A stretch of DNA of 63,934 bases, counting the filler, from Licmophora abbreviata (Eukaryota): assembly GCA_900291995.1 (NCBI GenBank). It is 13 parts of 13 records of this genome, joined end to end, with 100 filler letters (N's around TTAATTAATTAA, not from the genome) between each part and the next. Parts side by side here need not be neighbours in the genome. Positions count along the whole stretch, not along the records: positions 1 to 20,021 come from OLMU01001437.1; positions 20,122 to 30,280 come from OLMU01001440.1; 11 more parts are not named here. One strand, 5' to 3'. A program made the translations under genes and the position numbers. This document shows positions 12,484-23,289 of the stretch, one piece after another; the first letter of the stretch is position 1, and every line of letters starts with the position of its first letter. Below the pieces are notes generated by a model that saw only the letters and a program-made list of their open reading frames with translations, was not told the origin of the DNA and did not search any database.

Positions 12484-15400
12484 TTACTCATCCTCTTCAA
12501 GCACACGGCGTTTCTTAGATGCATTTCCGTTCTCACCCCCTTCAACATCACGCTTTGTTCCCGACGGCAGCAGTTCCTCGTCGCTATCACCACTGCTGTC
12601 GCCAAACAAATCCTTTTCCGTCGCCGTCGCCGTTGCGGGTTCCTCGCCCCCATCAAAAGTTCCATTGGCCACGTCGGTCCCCGTAGTCTCCACCCCCTCT
12701 TCCTCGTCGTCAGAGTCATCAAACAGCGCCGCAGTGTCGACAGCTGGGGCATCTTCGCCAAACAGGCCACCCTCCTCTTCCACCAACGGAGCGTTTTCGT
12801 CGCCGGTGTGACCTTTCCGTTTCTCTGCGGCCCGCTTCTTAGCTTCAGCCTCCTTATGCCAACCAGCACGTAACTGCTCTACCTGCTTCATCTTCTCCTC
12901 CGCCTTGCGATCCCGTTCATCCTGCGCACGCGCCTCTTCTTCGCGCTCCATGGCTTTGCGCTGTTCCTCCTCCTCGCGCTTCATTTCGGCGGCCTTCTGC
13001 TGCAACTGACGAATCTCGTTCGCCGTTGACTCTCGTCTTCGCTCTTCCTCAAGGTGGGACCTAGCACTCTCGATGTTCGCCTTGCAGTGGGTGATGAAGT
13101 CCTGCAACATAGAAGTGTGAATCGGAATCTTCTTGTCCCCTTCCGACTTTTTCTGCAAAATATCTTGAACTTTCGGCAGACTTTCCTCTAGTCCATGTAA
13201 TGCATCTTCTACTTCTTGCGCAGTTCTGCGGATGTTTCTCGTTAGTTTCTGCAGTACGCAGTTAGCCGCCTGCAGCTTCGTCATACATAGGTTGTACCCT
13301 ATAACAATATGTTTTCTTGTCGTCTTCACAAGGGCGAGTTGTAGGTTTTCCATGCATTTCTGATAACGCTCGTCGGCTGGAGCAGCTCGAGCGTCATTAA
13401 AAAGCTCGGTCTGTCGTGCCCAATCGAAGTAGGCGAACGCCATGTAGAGGAGAACTTCGACAACATCATCATCCCTGTTCTTCGTCGTCACCGGCGCTGT
13501 GCCGTCCTCAGTGCGCTTCATGTAGCTCTGGTACATCTGCAGCGCCTCAGGGTGCTTTTTCTGTGCAAGGTAGATGTGGCCCAAGTTCAAGTGGACATCT
13601 GCGATGCTATCGCCAGAAATCTCTCTCACACGATTGAAGATTTCTTTCGATTTGACCAGCTCTCCTTTTTCGGCAAGGACAGTGCCAATGCCGTTCGCGG
13701 CATATGCGTTCGCCTTGTCCCTGCTCAGAATTCGCTTGTAATAGTCGGCTGAGTACTGGAGATGCTTCGCGTACTTCTTGGGGGCAGACTTCAAGTTGGA
13801 GAAATAAATGTTACCAAGGCTCAGCATGGCATATGATTCGACATTTGGCACCTTTTGAGTCAATAACTGGTCAAATACTGACTGCGCAGGCGCCCAATCA
13901 CACAAGGACAAGTGAAGATTTCCAACGAGAATGAGAACTTCTGCATTGCCAGGCGCTGCTGCGCAGGCAATCTTGAGCCATGTGGAACATTCCTTGAGAG
14001 AGCCACAGTCTCGAGCAATGCATGCAAGACGGAGATGGCTATTGACGTACGCAGGATTCCGTTTCACAATGGCTTTGTGGAGCTCTACCGCAGCTAAAGT
14101 CCTTCCAGAGGCTTCGTGAAGGCGAGCCATGTTGAACGCAATACTGATCGTTTGCGCGTTGTCGAGGCGACGGTTCTGGCGTTTCAGGAAAACTGGTACC
14201 TTGACGGGACCCGTCGACTCGTGATCCGTCGATTCTGGAGAGAAGCTGTCTTTGATGTCTATCGACAGGGAGTCTCCATCATTGACAATGTCTACGACTT
14301 CGGATTCGAAGTCGTCTCCCAAACGGATATGGTCGCCCTTCTGGAATGGATGAGACGACACCCCGCTGCCGCCACCAGAAATTAACAGCTTCAAGGACGC
14401 GGTGGTATCGCTCGGCAGGCATTCGACACTGAATGTCGAGTCGATGAAATCAAAAAACAAATCATTGTCCTTGTGCGAGATGGATCCTCCCTCCACGCCT
14501 ACGCTGTCGAGCGTCGCTTCACGCGCCATCACATCCCCTTCGATCGACTCCAGAGCCATCTCGTACATGCCACGCGCCTTTTCGAACTTCCCCAGCTCGT
14601 GACAGAGCACGCCGATGTTGTTGTAAATATCGTCTGTGATTTTCTTCCGCCGGCTCTCTAAGAGTTCCACTGCCTTTTCGTACCGCTCCAATGATTGCGG
14701 GTACGTGCTCTTCTGTTGCTGCAGAGCAAGTGCCTCGAGGAGAATCAAGTTTGCGTTGAGAGGATCAAGATCGATCGCCTTCTTTAGATAGGAGAGGCCA
14801 TCCTTAACATTGCTTCCTTCCTTGACTTCGAGCAGTCCCAAGACAGCCATAGCTTCGGTTGCCGTCGACGACGTGCCCAGGACTAGCCGCAGATGCGCCG
14901 CCGCTTCCTTGTGTTCGTCTAAGGCAATCAGGGTCTGCGCCAGTCCAAACCGTGCCGGTCGTAGATCCGGAGCAAACTTGCACGCACGTTCGTACAGCTT
15001 GCGGGCGTCTTCGTAGTTCTCACGCATGTGATGAACGCGAGCCAACAGAAACAGAGACTCGGCTTGAATCTCCGGCACGCGAGTGCTACCGTAAGCACCC
15101 TTGGCCAGTGCTACGACACGATCGTAGTCCTTTTTCCATAGCTTCAAGCCAGCTGCCGATAGCAAATAAAATGAGCAGGTTGAGCATAATTTTCACATAT
15201 AGTCTTTCCATAGTTCCGATCCAGACTTACAGACAGAGGCGCCCTCCCAGGCATTCCGCATGGTAAAAGTGGTATTCACGTCCCCGTCGTCGTCTTCCAT
15301 ATCTTCTTCGACGCGCGTCTCAAAGTCCGTTCCGATCCGAATACGCTCTCCCGGATCCAACGGGATCGGCTGAGATCCCTCCACCAGTTTGCTCCCTTGC

Positions 15401-16404
15401 ACCAATTTGACCGTACCCGGCAATGGCGTCCACTTCCAAAAGTAGTGATTCGCCAAATGATTCTGCACCATGGCATTGGAGTGATCCAGTAAGTTCGCCA
15501 TACTCAACAACTTGATAGCCTTTTCCGTCCGCGATCGATAATCCTTACTGGACGGATCAAGACTCGCCATTTCCAGAATGGCAGCACCAACCATGCCCTG
15601 GACGTTTTCGGGGTCCATTTCGAGCGCGCGCTGAAAGGCCGCCTTGGCGCGATCGACTTGCCCCAGCTGGTAACATGCCATGCCGAATCCCACCCGCGTG
15701 GCAGTGCCGCTCGTATCTGGATAGAGACGCATGGCCCTACCGTAGAACTCTTGTGCGCCCTTGTAATCGCCTTCTCCAAAGAGGACCGCAGCCATGCCCA
15801 GCAGAGCAGGGAGAACCTTGCCACACTGTTTCAAAGTGGTATCGAAAAAGAACTTGGCTTGATCCATACGACCCACACTGAGGTTGAGCATACCTCGTCC
15901 CATCCACGTCATGGGGAACAAGGTATCGACTTTGCCCGCACTCGTGAAACGATGATCGGCCAGTGTCCGTAGTTCATCTTGCGCTTCTTGGGCATTCGTC
16001 GACGTACTGCTGGTGGTGCCTGCTGCCTGCGTGAGATGCGCAATGCCGGCGCTCGCCAGGACGCGGACTCGCTGTTCCCGGTTGCCTCCAGGACGATCGC
16101 AGGCAGTCTGCAGTACAGTACTGCTTTTCTGCGCTTGATGCTGCTGAATGTAATAGAGAGCTGCATCGGCCCAGACATCCATGTCGGCATCTTCATCCCG
16201 CAATACTTGCAGCAGTGTGCTGCTGCTAATGTCATGAAGCTCCTCGGGAAAGATTTCGACAAATAAGTCCGAGGAAGCAGACGACGACGTTATGGGAATC
16301 TTCAGTGACTTATTGGTGGACTCTGCGGTGTGGCGGTCATCGTCGCTAGACACTGGGTCTGTCGCTGCGGCTGCCCCAGAAACGGGGGTGCTTTCCAATG
16401 CCAT
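12484..16404 (-). CDS. CTR9: RNA polymerase-associated protein CTR9 (PAF1 complex); exons 15231..16404 and 12484..15152
   Basis: Long TPR array with NHLANHYFW, NAYAANGIGTVLAEKG, LNLGHIY, a coiled coil and an acidic tail. Intron GTAAGT(15230)..CAG(15153) restores the frame. Confidence 0.92.
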
Positions 16405-16829
16405 GAATAAAGAAATCGACCGATCGTAAATAATCAATCGCCTCTCATGCGATCCTAATTGCGATAGAAAGGATTCAGCGCAGCGTATGATGGTATTCAC
16501 AGTTCGAATGACAACAGCTGCTGCTGGATCATCGCGGCCGTCATGGTCCAAATCTGCGTCTGGAAATTGGAGGCTGACACAGTTTCAATTTGGTCAGTCA
16601 GTCGTCCGTTAAGTCGTCTGTCCGTCAAAAGAAAGGCCGTTGAGAGACAACGCGCGCGATGACGCGCGCGCGCCAACCGCCGCAAGGAAGAAATTGAAAA
16701 CATCCCACGAGAAAATGCAACAAGAAACATCGCGCAAATAGATGTTGCCATCCATGGCGACGATATCGTAACTTCTTTTTGAGCCTTTTTGATTGAGCCC
16801 ATATTACAATTCTAAACCAGGCGGAGCGA

Positions 16830-19800
16830 ATGATGAGTCAAAATGATCAAAAGAAGGATGATGTTCTCGACGGAGCGTCGACTTTGCTGGACCTCTTTGC
16901 ACCTCCGTCCTTATCCCACGTCAGTGATGACGAGGAGCCTCCAGGATCTAACAGTGCGAACGAACTACCTCACCGCCAACCCGACGACGACATGCATCGG
17001 GATCCCTTTGTCAGTCATCAGGAAGTAGAAGAAGAAACGGCACCGGCGAATCATCGACTTAGACGAAGTACTTTGAAAACTTCCAATTCCAATGCGACGA
17101 AAAATGTGGATCAAGCAATTCATGATTTGTTTCAGAACGATAAGGGTCGAACGCAACACGAAACAACCACAGCAACCCCGCCTCCACGGTATCCTACTCG
17201 CCGTGTTGACACGAAGGGTCTACCGCAGTACGAACAGTCAGTCTTGTTGCAGCAAAGGGAGGAAGATACACTGGACACGGACGAGTTTGGATATTTGCTG
17301 CACTCGTATCAGGCTAGCTCGTCAGCCGAGCCGACCCCGAAAACGAGCGGAGGGCGCAAAACGACACCATCCTATAATACTTTACCGAAACCGGATACTG
17401 TGGTTAGACGTGCTAGCAGTACGGCAGCCAATATGCCTCGCATTCAGGAAGACTCTTCGATTGTGCCTCCGTTGCCTGGCGAGCCACAGTCAAGTGCCGT
17501 AAAAGAGTTTTGCGAGAGACACTTGATGAAACCGACCACCTACATTGGAGCTGGTATGTTCCTCTTGTATCACGTTGTCTTCTGTTTGGCTCTGGGTTCG
17601 GCCATTCAGCGACCACAGGAACCGATCCTGGGGCTAATGGCCAAGATGGCTGCATGCGGAATCATCTTTTCCGCTCCTGTCTACTTGATCGGCTTGGGAA
17701 ACAAAATTCCAGCCATGTATCCAACTGCGGACTTGTTTCTGGCTCCTTTTCTGGCCCATCTTGCCAACATTGTCGACGGTGTTGTTTCGACAGATCCGAA
17801 TATTCCGAGTAGAAATGTAACGCAGGTGTTCTTGGCGACGTTTGCGGTGCTGTCTGGAATAGGCATGTTCATTTCCGGTACACTCTTGATTTTGGCTGCC
17901 AAATTCAAACTAGCAAACCTGGGCTCCTTTTTGCCATACCCGGTACTATGTGGATTCTTTTCCGCCGTCGCCTTGTTAATGTGGTCGTTGGCGTTTAGTA
18001 TTGATAATAATGGCAAGAGTGTGAGCGCTGTCTTCGGGTCGGGTGATATGGACGTGATTGCGATGGCGGTACTGCATCATCTACCGTCGTTTGGCATTGC
18101 GGTCATGATGAAGTATTTGGGACCGAAGAATCCCTTGTACGTATCAATGCTTGTGGCAGGTACGATTGTTATGTTCTATGTTATCATGGCAGCGACTGGG
18201 ACGACGCTCGAGCAGGCCAAGGCGGATGAATGGTTTTGGTCTCATGATGATCTCGTCTATAAGGCTACGTATCGACACGTGAGTACAGCGATCGCCAATT
18301 GTCTGTGCAGTGGTGTCGAGTGTATGATACTGCGATTGCTCACCATGACATTTTCGTCTATTCTCTAGTTTGGATTCGACGCGTGGGCACCTCCAGCTCC
18401 ATTTGGTGTGTTGAATTCTATCGTTGAAGGAAAGGTTCATTGGGGTGCCGTCATGGAGGGAACATCAACCGCATGTGCTCTGGCGTTCCTCTACTTGCTT
18501 CGATGCTCGCTACATGGTCTGTCCATGAAAAAGAATGTTTCTAACCTAGTTCGAATAGAAACAAAAGGGGGTGGCGAAATCGGGAGCTTGCATTCTCCTC
18601 CTCCCGCGACGAAGATCAAGAGACACGCGAGGGCGTTCTCTGAGGCACTGGATATCGAAGCCGTCACTGCCGCTCTGAAAGAAGGAAGTTCAAGCAGCAC
18701 TGTTATTCGCGCAAAAGATTACAACATGCCGCTGGGCGACATTCTTCTACAGTATGGACTAAGCCAATATATGTCGGCGTTCGTTGGCAGCTTCGGGGTT
18801 ACTCCATCCGTCGCGGCCTCTCCGACCATGTTCTCGGTGGGGGCCGAAGGTCTCGCGCCTCAGTTCGGATCAGTGATTCTGCTTGCTGTATTCTACCTCA
18901 CGGACTTTCAGCTGGTCTCTTATATCCCGAAGGCTGCATTCTCATGTCTGATAGTTCTTGCCTTTATCGACATCATCCTTACGTGGTTCATCAAGTCTTT
19001 TCAGAAGACGCACGACAAACTGGAGTGGCTCGTTGTTCCGATTATCGTTGTATCCGCTTTTGTTGTCGGCCTTCTAAACGCAGTGTTCTTGGGGGTTGCA
19101 ATCTCTACCTTTATTTTTGTGGCTGCTTTCTTTCGATCAGGCGTTGTGAAGTACCTTTCAAGTGGTCTTACGACCCGATCCACGATCGAGCGATCAATCA
19201 AGAGCGCACGCTGGTTAGACCATCATGGAGACTTGATTCAGATCCTGATCCTGCAGAGCTTCGTTTTCTTCGGCAATGCTAGTTCAATACAGAGCTACAT
19301 TTGCACTATGTTTAACGATCCAGAGTTCGACGAGAAGAACCTGGACGACGACCTTTCGCCTCTGCCAAGAATTGTCATACTAGACTTCACCCTCGTTACA
19401 GGCATGGATACATCTACGGTCGATGTTATCTCGGACATAAAGAAGATGTGCAACAATTTTGGTTGCAAACTTTTCCTCGCTGGCCTGTCAATACGTCTTA
19501 GGAATACAATGGCCCTTGGAGGAGTAAAGCCGGAAACTGGCGAGCGTTCTAAGCGAATGTTGCGTTTCTTTCCGGATCTGGATTCTGCTCTCGGAAAAGC
19601 AGAAGACATGCTCCTTTCGTTTGAGGTCGAAGATGAAACAACTGATAGTTCGGAAAGGCGTCGGCATCGTCGCTTGCTAAGCGAAGGAGACAATGGATTT
19701 CGCTATGCACTTCGACAAATTGATGAGCAGGTACGCTGACGGTTGGTCTTCCCTGGTGTGTGAGTTGTATGACGCAACACTGTACTTAAGTTACTTTCAT

Positions 19801-19962
19801 TTTTTGATCGTAGCATGGGAGACAATTTGCCGAAGGGCTGATGGGCCTACAATCTTATACAACGCCGCTGCACCTTGCACCAGGCGAATGCTTGTTCAAT
19901 GCTAATGGTGGTCCTGTCCGAGATAGTGCTAGGGGTCTATTTTTCATCGAGCAGGGCATCAT
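16830..19962 (+). CDS. SulP/SLC26-family anion (sulfate/bicarbonate) transporter with STAS and the start of a cNMP-binding-like domain; 3' end lost in the gap
   Basis: LPYPVLCGFF, multiple TM helices, FFGNA, STAS IVILDFTLVTGMDTS, FFPDLDSALGKAED, then LAPGECLF...GLFFIEQG. Introns near 18280-18368 and 19731-19813. Confidence 0.88.
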
Positions 19963-20364
19963 TGTACGTATAACGGCAATGAGTCGACGATCTCGGTAGC
20001 GGCAATGTTCTCAAAGTGCCCNNNNNNNNNNNNNNNNNNNNNNNNNNNNNNNNNNNNNNNNNNNNTTAATTAATTAANNNNNNNNNNNNNNNNNNNNNNN
20101 NNNNNNNNNNNNNNNNNNNNNTCATGGTGTGTGTGCTGTGTGTGCGACCGCCATCGTGGGGGTGGATTGTCCGGTAGAAATATAGTACGACGTACATGTA
20201 CGGGTTCTGCGTAGAAAGTGAGACCAATGATGAGGGGTCTGTCTGTCTGTCTGTCTAACATTAAATAGACAATTAAAGCAAAGCTTTCACGCCCATGCTC
20301 CATGACGGCGCAGTGTCTGTTCATGCTAGTACTCCATATGATATAGATAAACAACACGACGACC

Positions 20365-22680
20365 ATGAGCACTAATGGCAACGTATCCTCGCAAGAGACA
20401 CCACAAGACGATAATACGAAAAAAGTAATGGAACGTCGCAATGGCAACAAAAGCAGTGAGACTACAAATGTCGGAGACGACGGCGACAGGAATGATCCCA
20501 GCAGCATGACGACGGCATTGTTTGTCTATTGGATTCTTCCAGTCTTCTTATTGGCCATTGCTAGTCGCTTTAGTGTTGAACTCTTTGATCCGCAGTCGAT
20601 GACAGGAGCAACAGCAGGACACCATCTTCCGGCATCTGCACGTCCCATGTCGAAGAAGAATCCTAAAACATCAGTCTCTACTGCGACCCAAAAGAGCAAT
20701 ACTGCTACTACTACTACTACTGCATCGACTGAAACTTCGTCCAGTAGTAGCAGCAGCAGTAGCTATCAGGATGCCGTCAAGCAGGTCAACAAGCGACGAC
20801 GTAAGAAGTTTCCGTCGTCGCCGTCGTCGTCTTCCAGTAGTAGCAGTGGCGGTGCAAGTGTCGGTACTACTAGTGCTACAACGACCACTGCTAGTACTGC
20901 TTCTTCTGCTGCTACTACTACTCTGACTCCCCCGTCTCGTTCGCGCGATACCGATCCAAATCGTCAGCGAATCAATGCCAGAATTGAAGAACTTCGTGTC
21001 GCATACAATAATGATACAACGAATGTGGAAACGACCTTGCGACTTGCCGATGCCTTGCGCGAAAAGGATGTCTTGTTTCACGACGGTGGCTCTGGACAAA
21101 TGGAAGCTCTCAACTTGTACCAACAGGCGCTCGATAGTGTTCTGGAGAAACGACGACACTTGCAAGCCTCCGGAAAAGCCACACACTACGATTCGAAACG
21201 CGTCCGCGACGAAGTCATGATGGACTATCCGCAGAAAAGTGTCGATGGTTTGTTGTGTAGTATCCATACCAACATGGGGAAACAATACTTTATGGCCAAT
21301 ATGTTTGAAAAGGCGGTGGAGTCGTACAGTGCGTGTTTGGATCATGTGGAGGCCTTGTACTTGGAAGCGCTCGGGGCGAGGGGGTCGTCTTTGATTATCT
21401 TGGGGCGGTACGAAGAGGCGGGGAGGGATCTTGTTGCTGTCATTGAGAATGATGAGCATCATGTCTTTCATGATGCCTTTACGGGATTGGCAAAGGTATT
21501 GGTGGCCAAGGAAGACGTGGTGCCGCAGGGGTGGGGGCCCATGGTGGCCTTGCTCGAGGGTGATCTGATCCCAAAGTTGCAAGCGCGCATTGCTAATGCT
21601 CCAAGCAGCAGTAAGAGAGTGCTTGCCGAAGCCTTGAATCGACTCCACCATGTTCTCTTCATGTACCACGATGCAAAAACGAAAGATGTGGAGGCAGCTT
21701 GGAAGCACTTGACCAAGGGATACGAGTACAAAATGTCAGTGCTGCCTCCATTCGGGGCGCAATTTGAGCAACAAAAGCTCGCCAGTGTCAAGCAAATATT
21801 CCAAAGGGGGTTCTGGCCGGAAGGTATTGGAAGTCCTACACCGTCCCTCATTTTCATTGTCGGCTTTGTCCGGAGCGGATCGACGCTGTTGGAGCGAGTC
21901 GTGGATGCTCATCCCTTGATTGTCGGGACTGGAGAAGACTCGGTGTTCAACGGTCGGTTGGATCATATTCGAAACTCGATTGTACAAGTGTCCATGAGCG
22001 GGGATACTGCAAAACTCCACAGTACGGTGCGCGAGATGGCAGACGATGTTGTGGATGGCATGCGCAAGCGCTGGGAGATTATCGATGCCAACACGGAGCA
22101 TGCAGACGAGAACGCTACAACGACGACAGATCCACTGCGCTTTGCGGACAAGATGTTGACCAACTACTACAACATTGGATTCATTCACATGCTCTTTCCC
22201 AATGCGCTCATTCTCCATGTTGCGCGTGAGCCCATGGATACCATCTTTTCGGCGTTCAAGCACGAGTTCCCACCGGGAACCTTGGACTATACGTCAGAGT
22301 TTGCAAGCCTTGCGCAGTTGTATCATGGGTACCGAGATATAATGGAACATTGGGACGAGGTTCTTCCAGGCCGGGTCATGCATGTTCGATACGAGGATAT
22401 GGTCAATGACATGCCTGGAATGGCCAAGGCAATTGTCCGTGCGACTGGCCTACCGTGGGATGAAGGCGTCCTCGACTTTCACAAGAAGAAACACGCTGTC
22501 AACACTTTGTCGACGACGCAGGTGCGCAAGGGCGTTTACAAGCATAGTCTACAAGCATGGAAGCGGTACGAAGAGCCACTTCGACCGCTCGTCAAGCTCG
22601 TTGGCAGCCGAGTCGACTGGGGTCTGAAGACAACTCTTCCGGCGTATGCGCGGCCGGATGTGAGTCCTGAAGAGCAATGA
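20365..22680 (+). CDS. Membrane-anchored TPR + sulfotransferase (Sulfotransfer_3 / TPST-like) protein, intronless
   Basis: One N-terminal TM helix, Ser/Thr-rich stalk, TPR helices, PAPS loop FIVGFVRSGSTLLE, DKMLTNY, HVAREPMD, VRYEDMV, TLSTTQVRK. Confidence 0.9.
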   Translation: MSTNGNVSSQETPQDDNTKKVMERRNGNKSSETTNVGDDGDRNDPSSMTTALFVYWILPVFLLAIASRFSVELFDPQSMTGATAGHHLPASARPMSKKNPKTSVSTATQKSNTATTTTTASTETSSSSSSSSSYQDAVKQVNKRRRKKFPSSPSSSSSSSSGGASVGTTSATTTTASTASSAATTTLTPPSRSRDTDPNRQRINARIEELRVAYNNDTTNVETTLRLADALREKDVLFHDGGSGQMEALNLYQQALDSVLEKRRHLQASGKATHYDSKRVRDEVMMDYPQKSVDGLLCSIHTNMGKQYFMANMFEKAVESYSACLDHVEALYLEALGARGSSLIILGRYEEAGRDLVAVIENDEHHVFHDAFTGLAKVLVAKEDVVPQGWGPMVALLEGDLIPKLQARIANAPSSSKRVLAEALNRLHHVLFMYHDAKTKDVEAAWKHLTKGYEYKMSVLPPFGAQFEQQKLASVKQIFQRGFWPEGIGSPTPSLIFIVGFVRSGSTLLERVVDAHPLIVGTGEDSVFNGRLDHIRNSIVQVSMSGDTAKLHSTVREMADDVVDGMRKRWEIIDANTEHADENATTTTDPLRFADKMLTNYYNIGFIHMLFPNALILHVAREPMDTIFSAFKHEFPPGTLDYTSEFASLAQLYHGYRDIMEHWDEVLPGRVMHVRYEDMVNDMPGMAKAIVRATGLPWDEGVLDFHKKKHAVNTLSTTQVRKGVYKHSLQAWKRYEEPLRPLVKLVGSRVDWGLKTTLPAYARPDVSPEEQ

Positions 22681-22849
22681 GAAGTTGTAGCACTGCCGAC
22701 GGTGGCGGCACCAATTCATTCTGCTTAGCTATACGAATAGTTTTTGTGTTCCGTCGTCTACTTCAATTAACGTCTAGGAGTAGAGTCAAACTTTCGACAA
22801 CTCTCGTCCTTGAATTGCGCTTGATCAACGTCCGTAGACAACGTTGAGT

Positions 22850-23289
22850 GCAGCCGCCAGGGACAGTCGGAGCCAGATGCTTCGCACCAATCAGGATGTC
22901 CCGCAAACCATGTCAGCATCCGGATCCTGTAATTAAGGAAGTTCCGGGGCGTCATTCTGGTCAGGAACACCTTGTTGACCCTCAACCTCCGGTGTCCGCC
23001 GGTCCAAAGCGATTGTACTCGCGAACTATCTTCCCATCTAAACTCTTTTCACTCCACGCTTTCCAGAGCAACCCGAAGAAGGAGAATCGACACATTCACA
23101 TTCTCCCTTCCCTAGCTGCTCTCGAGAGCATAGAAGAAAATGACAATCTTTTTACGTCGGGTGCAGAACAATGGGGCAGCCTCATGCGGTTTGGGCTAGT
23201 TTCCACCCAAGTGTAGAAGATACCCGCTAGGCTACCCAACGTTCCACCCGACGACTGCGACTAACTTACGTCAGGGCCCTAGAGGCCGC
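22850..23289 (-). promoter_or_regulatory. SECIS-like / kink-turn hairpin assembled across a predicted 3'UTR intron (22927..23269)
   Basis: In the spliced RNA: helix I GCGGCC-U-CUAGGG : CCCUGG-C-GGCUGC, quartet UGAC/CGAC, helix II GAUCCGGAUGCU : AGCAUCUGGCUC (11 of 12 paired). Donor GTAAGT, acceptor CCTTAATTACAG. Folded by eye; non-canonical (CUGA core, no apical AA). Confidence 0.55.

Noticed and set aside
20700..20925. ACT/AGT/TCG microsatellite-like tracts
   Set aside because: They encode the Ser/Thr-rich stalk of the sulfotransferase.
20671..21708. Long antisense ORFs (also 45351..46268 and 24160..24912)
   Set aside because: They are shadows of well-supported genes on the opposite strand.
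23150..23195. AUGAGG...CCGAC in the 3'UTR intron as a SECIS
   Set aside because: The helix is only about 5 bp with no apical AA and a weak helix I.
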